DNA from: Candidatus Poriferihabitaceae bacterium
Lineage (GTDB): Bacteria; Pseudomonadota; Gammaproteobacteria; Arenicellales; Poriferihabitantaceae
NCBI GenBank assembly: GCA_965206445.1
Contig: CBDBJR010000002.1
Location: 2,568,741 to 2,632,740, forward strand
Direction: 5' to 3'
DNA length: 64,000 nucleotides
Below the pieces are notes generated by a model. It made no database searches. It was given only the letters and a program-made list of their open reading frames with translations, and had not been told where the DNA came from. Within the stretch, counting starts at the first letter, position 1, and each line of letters opens with the position of its first letter. This document shows, one piece after another, positions 40,120-49,155 of the stretch. Position numbers and translations under genes: made by a program.

Positions 40120-41895
40120 ATGAAAAAACTTCGTAGCAGAGAATGGTTCGACAATGCCGTCGACCCGGGCATGACCGCGCTTTATCTGGAACGCCAACTT
40201 AACTTTGGACTGACCAGAGAAGAGTTGCAATCCGGCAGACCTGTCATCGGCATCTCCCAGACTGGCAGCGACATCGCACCTTGTAACCGCATACATCTGG
40301 CGCTGGTGCAGCGGGTCAAAGAAGGCGTGCGCGCCGGCGGCGGTCTGCCGCTGGAGTTTCCAGTGCATCCTATTCAGGAAACGTTGCGTCGTCCGACTGC
40401 CGCGCTGGATCGCAATCTTGCCTACCTCGGTTTGGTGGAAATTTTGCACGGTTACCCGCTGGATGGCGTGGTGCTGACTACCGGTTGCGATAAAACCACA
40501 CCAGCCGCCCTGATGGCCGCGGCCACCGCAGATTTGCCAGCCATCGTTCTTTCCGGTGGGCCCATGCTGGATGGCTGGTACAACGGGGAACGAGCGGGTT
40601 CCGGTATGGTGATCTGGCACGGGCGGCAGTTGCGTGCCGCCGGCAAAATTAACGATGAGGAGTTTATGGAGATGGCCGCCGCCTCCGCCCCTTCCGCCGG
40701 GCACTGCAACACCATGGGCACTGCGCTGACGATGAACTCGCTGGCCGAAGCGCTGGGCATGTCGCTGCCGGGCTGCGCCGCCATACCCGCACCGTTGCGT
40801 GAACGCGCGCAAATGGCTTTTTTTACCGGCCAACGTGCGGTCGCCATGGTGCGCGAGGATTTGCGCCCATCTAAAATCTTGACGCGCAAAGCCGTGGAAA
40901 ATGCCATCGTCGTCAACAGTGCCATCGGCGGGTCAACGAATGCACCGATTCACATCACGGCGATTGCGCGCCATGCCGGTCTGGAGCTGCCGATTGATGA
41001 GTGGCAGCGCATCGGCTTGCCCATTCCGTTGCTGGTGAATTGCCAACCGGCCGGCGAATATTTAGGCGAGAGCTATCATCGCGCCGGCGGCGTGCCGGCG
41101 GTATGTGCGGAGCTGCTGACGGCAAAAAAACTGCATGGAAATGTCCTCACCGTGACCGGGAAAACCCTCGCCCAGAACCTCAAACAATATTTTTCGAGCG
41201 TCGGCAAAGTCGATCGACGGGTGATCTTCCCGTTCAAAAAACCACTCAAGAAACGCGCCGGATTCATCGTCTTGCGCGGTAATTTATTTGACTCGGCGAT
41301 CATGAAAACCTCGGTCATCAGCGAGGAGTTTACGCAACGACATCTTCGCAAACACGGACGCCCCAACATCCTGGAAGGCCGCGTCGTTGTGTTTGAAGGG
41401 TCGGAAGATTATCGCCGGCGGATTGACGATCCCGCACTTAAAATCGACGCCGAAACCATTCTGGTGGTGCGTGGCGTCGGTGTTTCAGGCTGGCCCGGTG
41501 CTGCTGAGGTTGTGAACATGGAGCCGCCGGCAAAATTGATCAAACGCGGCATTACATCGCTGCCTTGCATTGGCGACGGTCGTCAATCCGGCACATCGGC
41601 CAGCCCTTCGATTTTAAATGCCACACCGGAGGCCGCCATTGGCGGCGGTTTGGCGCTCATCAAAACCGGCGACCGGGTGCGCATAGATTTGACTAAAGGT
41701 ACGGCCAATATGCTGATTGCCGATGACGAACTGGCAGGCCGCAAAAAAGCGTGGAACCCACCCAGACTCGAAAACCAGACGCCATGGCAGGAACTGTTTC
41801 GCAGAGAAACAGGGCAACTGGAGACTGGCGCCTGCCTGGATTTTGCCGTGGCCAAACGCCGCGTCACGCGCAAAACCCCGCGCCACAATCACTAA
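40120..41895 (+). CDS. IlvD/Edd-family sugar-acid dehydratase (arabonate/xylonate dehydratase-like)
   Basis: MKKLRSREWF..., TTGCDKTTPA, GHCNTMGTA and SAIGGSTNA motifs. Confidence 0.9.
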   Translation: MKKLRSREWFDNAVDPGMTALYLERQLNFGLTREELQSGRPVIGISQTGSDIAPCNRIHLALVQRVKEGVRAGGGLPLEFPVHPIQETLRRPTAALDRNLAYLGLVEILHGYPLDGVVLTTGCDKTTPAALMAAATADLPAIVLSGGPMLDGWYNGERAGSGMVIWHGRQLRAAGKINDEEFMEMAAASAPSAGHCNTMGTALTMNSLAEALGMSLPGCAAIPAPLRERAQMAFFTGQRAVAMVREDLRPSKILTRKAVENAIVVNSAIGGSTNAPIHITAIARHAGLELPIDEWQRIGLPIPLLVNCQPAGEYLGESYHRAGGVPAVCAELLTAKKLHGNVLTVTGKTLAQNLKQYFSSVGKVDRRVIFPFKKPLKKRAGFIVLRGNLFDSAIMKTSVISEEFTQRHLRKHGRPNILEGRVVVFEGSEDYRRRIDDPALKIDAETILVVRGVGVSGWPGAAEVVNMEPPAKLIKRGITSLPCIGDGRQSGTSASPSILNATPEAAIGGGLALIKTGDRVRIDLTKGTANMLIADDELAGRKKAWNPPRLENQTPWQELFRRETGQLETGACLDFAVAKRRVTRKTPRHNH

Positions 41896-41925
41896 GCCGC
41901 TTACCTCTCCCGGTCGGGAATCAGG

Positions 41926-43443
41926 TTACATGATTGCGCCAACATGCCACGGCACAAATTCATAGTCACCCAGCCCCTGGGCTTCGCTCCATGTCTGCTC
42001 GCCGGAAGCCACGGTAATCAGTTTGCGGAATATTTCTTCACCAACCGATGACACCGATGCCTTGCCGTCCAGAATTGCGCCGGCATTAATGTCCATATCC
42101 TCCGGCATGCGGCGAAAAATTTCACTGTTACTGGAAATTTTCATGCACGGCGCCGGCTTGCTGCCAAAAGCGGAACCGCGCCCGGTTGTAAATGCGATAA
42201 GGTTACACCCGCCGGCGATTTCGCCGGTTACCGAGGCCGGATCGTACCCGGGCGTATCCATCAAGACAAAACCTTTTTGCTTGACGCTTTCAGCGTAACG
42301 ATATACGCCGTTGAGATTTGTAGTGCCGCCTTTGGCGACAGCGCCGAGTGATTTTTCCAAAATGGTTGTCAACCCCCCGCGCTTGTTTCCCGGGGTTGGG
42401 TTATTGTTCATCGTGCCCTTGTTCCTGGCACTGTAATCTTCCCACCATAAAATACGATCAATCAGTTCCTGCGCAACTTGCGGCTTGCAGGCGCGCCTCG
42501 TGAGGAGGTGTTCGGCACCATAGACTTCAGGGGTTTCAGCAAGGACGGCAGTGCCGCCGTGTTGCACCAGAAGGTCGACCGCAGCACCCAGCGCCGGGTT
42601 GGCGGTGACACCCGACCAGCCATCGGAGCCGCCACATTGCAACCCCAGAGTCAGCCCCGCTACCGGACACAGCTCACGCCGTGCCTGATTGGCCAGCGGC
42701 AGCATTTCTTCGATGGCGCGAATACCCAGTTCAATGGTTTTACGCAAACCGCCGCAGCCCTGTATGTTCATGGTTTTGCGCACGGTGGCATCTTTTAATA
42801 CCCCTTTCGCATAAAATTCAACTTGATTTACTTCGCAACCGAGCCCGACCATGAGCGCACCGGCGATATTGGGGTGACGGGCGTACCCGCTCATCACCCG
42901 GCGCAGATTAGCGGCGCCTTCACCACTGCCGTCAATGCCGCAGCCGCCATCGTGAACAAACGCGGTAACGCCGTCAATGTTAGGGAAGGCCGCGAGTTTG
43001 TCGCAGGTGAAATGCGCGGCAATCAGGCGAGCGGCGGTGGCGGAACAATTGACACTGGAAAGAACGCCGATAAAATTGCGTGTACCAATGCCGCCGTCGG
43101 CACGCCGATAGCCCATGAACATGGCGCGCTCCTTGTCGGGCACGAACGCTGTCGGATTTGTCTTGGTGCACATTTCATAATCGTGCTCGGTGCCGCGAAA
43201 ACCAACGTTTTGAACGTGTACATGCGTGCCGACGGCGATGCTGTCGGTGGCTTCGCCAATAAACTGGCCGTATTTTTTAACCGGCTGTCCGGCGGAAATC
43301 GAGGCGATGGAGATTTTATGTCCTTTAGGAATATGGTCGACAACCTGCACGCCTTCGATGTTTTCTTTACGTTGCAAATTACGCGCTGCAATCGCGATAT
43401 TATCGCTGTCGTTCAGTACGATTATGGATTTATTTTCAAACAT
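41926..43443 (-). CDS. UxaA/GarD-family (altronate/galactarate dehydratase-like) sugar-acid dehydratase
   Basis: 505 aa with an N-terminal SAF-like region (DNIAIAARNLQRKE...PKGHKISI). The remainder is collinear with UxaA-family proteins. Confidence 0.85.
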   Translation of the reverse strand: MFENKSIIVLNDSDNIAIAARNLQRKENIEGVQVVDHIPKGHKISIASISAGQPVKKYGQFIGEATDSIAVGTHVHVQNVGFRGTEHDYEMCTKTNPTAFVPDKERAMFMGYRRADGGIGTRNFIGVLSSVNCSATAARLIAAHFTCDKLAAFPNIDGVTAFVHDGGCGIDGSGEGAANLRRVMSGYARHPNIAGALMVGLGCEVNQVEFYAKGVLKDATVRKTMNIQGCGGLRKTIELGIRAIEEMLPLANQARRELCPVAGLTLGLQCGGSDGWSGVTANPALGAAVDLLVQHGGTAVLAETPEVYGAEHLLTRRACKPQVAQELIDRILWWEDYSARNKGTMNNNPTPGNKRGGLTTILEKSLGAVAKGGTTNLNGVYRYAESVKQKGFVLMDTPGYDPASVTGEIAGGCNLIAFTTGRGSAFGSKPAPCMKISSNSEIFRRMPEDMDINAGAILDGKASVSSVGEEIFRKLITVASGEQTWSEAQGLGDYEFVPWHVGAIM

Positions 43444-43551
43444 AACAGATGCCCCTCATGATGTAGTAGCCGGATTCGATTTGTTCGATAATGGCCATGG
43501 CGGTCGGCGTAAAACCAAATATTGCGATGGTGTTTCCGGGCTCGCTTTTTT

Positions 43552-44403
43552 CTATCGGCTGCGCTCGGCGACCACCTGCTGGCGTTGTTCGCCCAACCCG
43601 TCGATGCCGAGCGCCACCCCCTGCCCCGCGCGCAAATACACCGGCGGCTTTCTCCCCAGACCGACGCCTTGCGGTGTTCCGGTCGAGATGATATCACCGG
43701 ATTGTAAAGACATGAATTGACTCAAATATGAAATCACATAAGGCACATTGAATATCATGTCGGCGGTATTGCTATCCTGGCGCATTTCGCCATCCACGCT
43801 CAGCCACAACCGAAGATTATCGGGCGCTTTGATTTCATCCGGTGTTACCAGGTACGGGCCGGTCGGACCGAAGGTGTCACAGCTTTTTCCTTTAATCCAT
43901 TGCCCATCTCGCTCCAACTGAAACGCGCGTTCGGAAATATCATGTATCACGCAGTAGCCCGCAATATGTGCAGGCGCGTCTTGTTCGTGCGTATATTTTG
44001 CCGGGCGCCCGATGACTACCCCCAATTCCACTTCCCAGTCCACTTTGCTTGCCCCTTTGGGAATAACGATATCGTCATTCGGGCCGCACATGGCACTGGT
44101 CGCTTTACCAAAAATTACCGGCTCGCGCGGCAACTCCGCCCCCGACTCAATGGCATGCTGCGCATAGTTCAAGCCGATGCAAATAAACTTGCCGGGACGG
44201 GCGATGCAGGATCCCAGGCGCGGTGACCCGGACGCTGCCGGAAAATTTGACACCTCCATGGTTGAAATTTCAGCCAGGTTTTCCGGCAAAAGCGCGTCAC
44301 CGTGCCAATCATCAACCACCGATGACAGGTCACGAATCGTACCGGTTTCATCCAGCAGCCCCGGCTTTTCACAGCCAATTTCGCCAAAACGCAACAGTTT
44401 CAT
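43552..44403 (-). CDS. fumarylacetoacetate hydrolase-family protein (2,4-diketo-3-deoxy-acid hydrolase-like)
   Basis: MKLLRFG..., GLNYAQH, DWEVELGVVIG and GDIISTGTPQGVG motifs. GAGGA lies upstream of ATG 44403. Confidence 0.88.
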   Translation of the reverse strand: MKLLRFGEIGCEKPGLLDETGTIRDLSSVVDDWHGDALLPENLAEISTMEVSNFPAASGSPRLGSCIARPGKFICIGLNYAQHAIESGAELPREPVIFGKATSAMCGPNDDIVIPKGASKVDWEVELGVVIGRPAKYTHEQDAPAHIAGYCVIHDISERAFQLERDGQWIKGKSCDTFGPTGPYLVTPDEIKAPDNLRLWLSVDGEMRQDSNTADMIFNVPYVISYLSQFMSLQSGDIISTGTPQGVGLGRKPPVYLRAGQGVALGIDGLGEQRQQVVAERSR

Positions 44404-44466
44404 AATGCAGTCCTCGGTCGATTGTATTGTTACCAATATAAGTTCACGGATCAGACGCTTACGTGA

Positions 44467-45189
44467 TTAATTTGCCCAGCCGCCGTCGATAACATGAATG
44501 GCACCGGTAGTGAACGCAGATTCATCCGAAGCAAGATACGCCGCCAGCGCCGCAATCTCTTCGGCACTACCCAGTCGCCCCATCGGCTGTCGCGCCACAA
44601 AAGAATCCACCGCCGCTTGATAATCGCCCCCCAATGCCGAGACGCGATCCTCCCAGGAAGGTGTATGCACTGTGCCCGGACAAATTGCATTGCAACGAAT
44701 CCCTTGCGTAACAAAATCCGCAGCGATGGATTTAGTCAAACCGATGACCGCCGCTTTGGTCGCGCCATACACAAACCGGGACGGTGCCCCTTTCACCGAA
44801 GACACAACCGATGACATATTAACAATGGCACCGCCGCCGTTCGCGATCATATCCGGCAAAAAGGCGCGGATTACCCGGTACATGCTTTTCACATTCAGAT
44901 CAAAAGAAAAGTCCCAATCCTTTTCATCGCACTCCAGAATCGTGCCGTGATGCACAAACCCGGCGCAATTAAAAAGAACATCGATCGGACCGGTTTGTTT
45001 AACCAGTGCCTTGATTGCCGTATCGTCCAGTACATCCAGTCGACAGGTTTCACACCCGTCGAGATCCACTGCATTCACATCGGTCGCGATAACACGCGCA
45101 CCTTCGGCAATAAATCTTTGCGCGGTAGCGCGCCCGATACCCTGCGCGGCGGCGGTCACCAGTGCGGTTTTGTTTTTGAGTTTGCTCAT
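44467..45189 (-). CDS. short-chain dehydrogenase/reductase (BDH2 / 2-keto-3-deoxy-L-fuconate dehydrogenase-like)
   Basis: TALVTAAAQGIGRA, NMSS and YGATKAAV SDR motifs. Confidence 0.9.
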   Translation of the reverse strand: MSKLKNKTALVTAAAQGIGRATAQRFIAEGARVIATDVNAVDLDGCETCRLDVLDDTAIKALVKQTGPIDVLFNCAGFVHHGTILECDEKDWDFSFDLNVKSMYRVIRAFLPDMIANGGGAIVNMSSVVSSVKGAPSRFVYGATKAAVIGLTKSIAADFVTQGIRCNAICPGTVHTPSWEDRVSALGGDYQAAVDSFVARQPMGRLGSAEEIAALAAYLASDESAFTTGAIHVIDGGWAN

Positions 45190-45198
45190 TTGGAAGTT

Positions 45199-46266
45199 TT
45201 ATGTTTCGATTCTATTTTCGGTTTTCGGATCAAACAAATGAATTTTATCCGGATTCACGTAAAAGTTGAAGGTGTCGCCCGGCGACAGCGCTTTACTTTC
45301 GTCATATGAGATTTGTAATACAATTCTCTCTTCGCCTAGCATTGCGTGAATGATAGCACCCCCGCCAGTTGGTTCAATCAATTGAACAGTGGCAGCAAGA
45401 GAAGAATTTCCATTGCCGTCTGCCAGTAACAGATCATGCGGACGAATACAGTAAAAAACGTTTTTTGGTAGAGAAACTCGCTCTGGCAAGGGGAATTTTT
45501 TACCATCGATTACGCAATACCCGCCATCAACGACACCTTCAAACACATTAATCTCCGGCGAGCCAACGAAAGTCGCAACATACAGATTGGTTGGCAATGA
45601 ATATATTTCATCCGGACTGCCGATCTGATCAATCCCGCCGTTTCGCATCACCATGATTCGATCGCCCATCGTTATTGCTTCTATTTGGTCGTGAGTAACA
45701 TAAATGGTCGTGGTAGATAAAGATCTGTGTAACGACTTAATCTCACTTCGCACCTTTGCACGAAGTCGAGCATCCAAGTTAGAAAGTGGTTCATCAAAAA
45801 GAAACACGCGTGGGCTTCGAACCATCGCGCGACCCATCGCAACTCGTTGGCGTTGCCCACCTGACAATTCCCCCGGCCGATGCTTGAAATGCTGCTGTAG
45901 CCCGAGCATACTTGCCACCTCTTGCACACGTTTATCAATATCGGCTTTCGCCATCTTTCGAATTTTCAGGCTAAATGCAAGATTTTCATACACCGTCATC
46001 AACGGATACAATGCATAATTTTGAAATACCATCGCAACACCACGCTCACGAGGATGTATCTCGCTCACATTCTTGTCACCAATAAAAACATCTCCGCTGG
46101 TTTGTTTTTCTAATCCTGCTATGATTCTCAACAGCGTGGACTTACCACACCCGGAAGGTCCTAGCATTACCAAAAATTCGCCGTCAGTAACCTCTAAATC
46201 CACTTTGTCCAGCACAATAGAGTTGCCATAGTGCTTTGAGATACGGCTACAAACTACTTGAGACAT
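45199..46266 (-). CDS. ABC sugar-transport ATP-binding protein (MalK/UgpC-like)
   Basis: [23 protein letters not shown] and LFDEPLSNLD motifs. Confidence 0.9.
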   Translation of the reverse strand: MSQVVCSRISKHYGNSIVLDKVDLEVTDGEFLVMLGPSGCGKSTLLRIIAGLEKQTSGDVFIGDKNVSEIHPRERGVAMVFQNYALYPLMTVYENLAFSLKIRKMAKADIDKRVQEVASMLGLQQHFKHRPGELSGGQRQRVAMGRAMVRSPRVFLFDEPLSNLDARLRAKVRSEIKSLHRSLSTTTIYVTHDQIEAITMGDRIMVMRNGGIDQIGSPDEIYSLPTNLYVATFVGSPEINVFEGVVDGGYCVIDGKKFPLPERVSLPKNVFYCIRPHDLLLADGNGNSSLAATVQLIEPTGGGAIIHAMLGEERIVLQISYDESKALSPGDTFNFYVNPDKIHLFDPKTENRIET

Positions 46267-46269
46267 GAT

Positions 46270-47571
46270 TCAAAACTCCATACTTTCGAGAATGCCACAG
46301 TCATCGGCAACATCCAGAATCGTGAAACGGTCACGAATAAACCTCCCATACTTAATCGCATCAATATAAAACTCCGCATCAAAACCCAAATCGCCAGGCG
46401 TCATGTGGGCACCGGCAGCTACCAAAGGTGCTGAAATTTCTTTCACGCTTAACATAACATTGCGAAGCGGTACTACGAATTCATCCCAGTTGTCAGCGAG
46501 ATGTACATTCCACTTGTAAACCAAATCCCTGGTAAATTCTTTTTTTGCATAACATGCAGCGAATTCTGATGTTCCTTGCGAACCAAATTTAGTGGCGAAG
46601 AAATGATTATTGCGCTTAGTATATTGCAGTTGAGGTGGCGTATTTGAATGCAGAATTTTGTTCTGTATTCGTGAGATTGATAATGAGGTAACACCAACTT
46701 GTTCACCGTGCAGGGTTCCTGGATGTTTATCACCTGCAAACATGTCCAAGTAATGCGAAACCATATGTTCAGCCATACTGCCTGGGTGTGTCGTGCCGAC
46801 AACTGCACTGCCAAGACCGTTCAAAGCACAAGTTCGAACCAGCGACGCCAACACATCAAAGTCGCGTTCATGCAGATGCTGGGCGTTGGCAAAAAGAGAT
46901 TCTTCGTCATATGCAAGAAGAGTGTATGGAATTTTGCTATACGGCGTATCCCAAAAAGCTTGCGACAATAGCCAGTCAACTTGTGCAGTTGAGCGACATA
47001 CTACATCGGATAATGCACTATTAACTAACTGCTTTGGGCAGTCGGAAAGAATTTTAAGATCTACGAATACACCCTTTGCACTATGCGCCGGCAACGAGCG
47101 CTTTGTACCACCCTGCGTAATTGATGCAGTGCCCGTAGTGTACGCATTCATTGGAGAAGTTGGGAATACCGAGTAGGTTTTTTTACTGAGAAAGGATGCG
47201 TATTTAATTAAATCGCTAACCGTGCCGGACCCCACCGCAACCAAAATATCTGCATTTCGAGTCAGGTGTTGCAATTCTTTTACACCTTCCATGGTCGACT
47301 TAGGATTGTGCAATGCCAGTAAATCACAGCATCCACCTATACTGGCGGCTACACGGCTACCTAAAATCCCCTCGGTTATCTGGTCACAGACGACGAGGAT
47401 TTTTCCCTTGCCGTGCAACGATCGAATCAATTCGCCCTCAATACCATCCAGCGTATCGCGGATTTCAATGGATTTTATCGGAATGGTCAGGCGTGCGCCA
47501 GAATCCGCGTCTTGCCATGTTCCAGAAACCAATTCGTGCAACACCCCAAGATAGTTGGGTTGTGTATTCAT
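46270..47571 (-). CDS. iron-containing alcohol dehydrogenase superfamily protein, sn-glycerol-1-phosphate dehydrogenase (AraM/EgsA)-like
   Basis: 433 aa with the nucleotide-binding turn AVGSGTVSDLIKYAS and His-rich metal-site region (HPGSMAEHMVSHYLD...HGEQVG). The substrate is unknown. Confidence 0.7.
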   Translation of the reverse strand: MNTQPNYLGVLHELVSGTWQDADSGARLTIPIKSIEIRDTLDGIEGELIRSLHGKGKILVVCDQITEGILGSRVAASIGGCCDLLALHNPKSTMEGVKELQHLTRNADILVAVGSGTVSDLIKYASFLSKKTYSVFPTSPMNAYTTGTASITQGGTKRSLPAHSAKGVFVDLKILSDCPKQLVNSALSDVVCRSTAQVDWLLSQAFWDTPYSKIPYTLLAYDEESLFANAQHLHERDFDVLASLVRTCALNGLGSAVVGTTHPGSMAEHMVSHYLDMFAGDKHPGTLHGEQVGVTSLSISRIQNKILHSNTPPQLQYTKRNNHFFATKFGSQGTSEFAACYAKKEFTRDLVYKWNVHLADNWDEFVVPLRNVMLSVKEISAPLVAAGAHMTPGDLGFDAEFYIDAIKYGRFIRDRFTILDVADDCGILESMEF

Positions 47572-47580
47572 GTTACGCGG

Positions 47581-49077
47581 TTATGTGCTCGCTGTTGACA
47601 TGGCAACTGATTTTGCTGCCGGATAAAGTTCAGTGTAGGCGTTTAGTAGATGTTTATACTCACCAGCATTACATCCGGGTTCAAAACTCGCGGTTATCTT
47701 ACCACACATGTTTTTGCAAGATTGAAGTATCGATGGAAACAACCCGGCACCAGCCGCAGCCACCATTCCAGCCCCCAGTGCTGATGCTTCAATGGTGTCG
47801 GTTCTACATACTAATCGATCAAAGCAATCGGCAAAAATCTGGCACCACATATCGCTTTGTGCGCCACCGCCAACCACATAATACTGCTTGACCGACACGC
47901 CAGTGTCGCGTTCAATCATACGCATGCAATCTGCTTGATCGAGCGCAATCCCTTCCATAACTGCACGATAAAGATGCGCTCGCCCATGACTTCCACCAAG
48001 GCCAAAAATCGCACCTCGTGCGCTTGTATCCCAATGCGGATTCATAGCCCCAGACCAATACGGCAACACTCGCACACCATCTGAACCAGCCGGCAAACTT
48101 GCGGCTTGTGACTCGAGAGCGTCGAATTCACCGCCATTTTTGCCAGCAAATATTTCTCCTACAAGCCAGTTTAAAAGAAACGTGCCAGACCGCAGACAAC
48201 TCTCCATGATATATCCATCGCCGCTCATTGAAGTCATGGTGCGCCACGCATCACCATATACGTATTTGCTGTGATGTGCACCGCAAACTACCGCAGTTCC
48301 TATATTGACATACGCAGTGCTGGCACTCACAACCCCCATTGCAAGTCCGGCGCATTGTCCATCGCCACCGCCTGCAATAACCAGTATTCCTTGCGGAAGC
48401 CCGGTCTGCGACGCGGCTTCTGCATTTATTTCCCCGAGCGGTGTTCCAGGTTTTTCGGCATGCGGAAAAATACTGTCGCTCCAACCCAACTCGCTAAGAA
48501 TTTCATTGGACCAGCATTTGTCTGTGATATTCCAGCAACCCATCGGATCAGCACTCGCCCAACTGGTTTTGAATACGCCAGTTAATCGTTTAACCAGAAA
48601 TCCCTGTACATCGCTTATTACTTGAATGTCGCTGCAGATTTTTGGTTCGTGCTTTCGCATCCAAGCCAACCGATAAACCACTGGCGTTATGTCTTTGTGC
48701 TTACCAGTTATGCGGTGGATTTTGTCTGCGCCGATCTTCTCGGCAAATTCGTCAACCTCATCACGAGCTCGCTCGTCCAGCCAAACAATGGCTGGTGCCA
48801 CAGAATCCGCATTGTTGGTCAAAAACGCCACGGTCTCTCGCTGATTTGAAATCGCCAAAGCGATTGCATTACCCACATCCAATATCTTGCTTAATTCAGA
48901 AATCGCGGTGATAAAAGCCCCCCACCAATGGACTGGGTCTTGTTCATAAATGCCGGGCGCCGGCGTATTTAGCGGAATATCGCATCTTCCTGTGCCGAGA
49001 TTAGCCCCTGAACTACTCCATGCCACAACTTTAGCGGCAGTGGTTGAAATGTCAACTCCAAGTATGAACTTTTCCAT
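47581..49077 (-). CDS. FGGY-family carbohydrate kinase
   Basis: FILGVDISTTAAKVVAW N-terminus, ISNQRETVAF and the GGGAQS C-terminal motif. Confidence 0.88.
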   Translation of the reverse strand: MEKFILGVDISTTAAKVVAWSSSGANLGTGRCDIPLNTPAPGIYEQDPVHWWGAFITAISELSKILDVGNAIALAISNQRETVAFLTNNADSVAPAIVWLDERARDEVDEFAEKIGADKIHRITGKHKDITPVVYRLAWMRKHEPKICSDIQVISDVQGFLVKRLTGVFKTSWASADPMGCWNITDKCWSNEILSELGWSDSIFPHAEKPGTPLGEINAEAASQTGLPQGILVIAGGGDGQCAGLAMGVVSASTAYVNIGTAVVCGAHHSKYVYGDAWRTMTSMSGDGYIMESCLRSGTFLLNWLVGEIFAGKNGGEFDALESQAASLPAGSDGVRVLPYWSGAMNPHWDTSARGAIFGLGGSHGRAHLYRAVMEGIALDQADCMRMIERDTGVSVKQYYVVGGGAQSDMWCQIFADCFDRLVCRTDTIEASALGAGMVAAAGAGLFPSILQSCKNMCGKITASFEPGCNAGEYKHLLNAYTELYPAAKSVAMSTAST

Positions 49078-49155
49078 TTATTATCGACTCGAAAAATACG
49101 CCGGGGGCAATACAACCCCCGGCGCTTTCAAACATCACAGATAAACAAAGCCCGG

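Noticed and set aside
45189-45199. Possible sharp G+C break between the SDR and ATPase genes inside the operon
   Set aside because: Spot counts on several 60-nt lines gave overlapping values (about 52-62% versus 47-52%). The change along the string is gradual, and the clearest step is nearer the FAH/UxaA gap.
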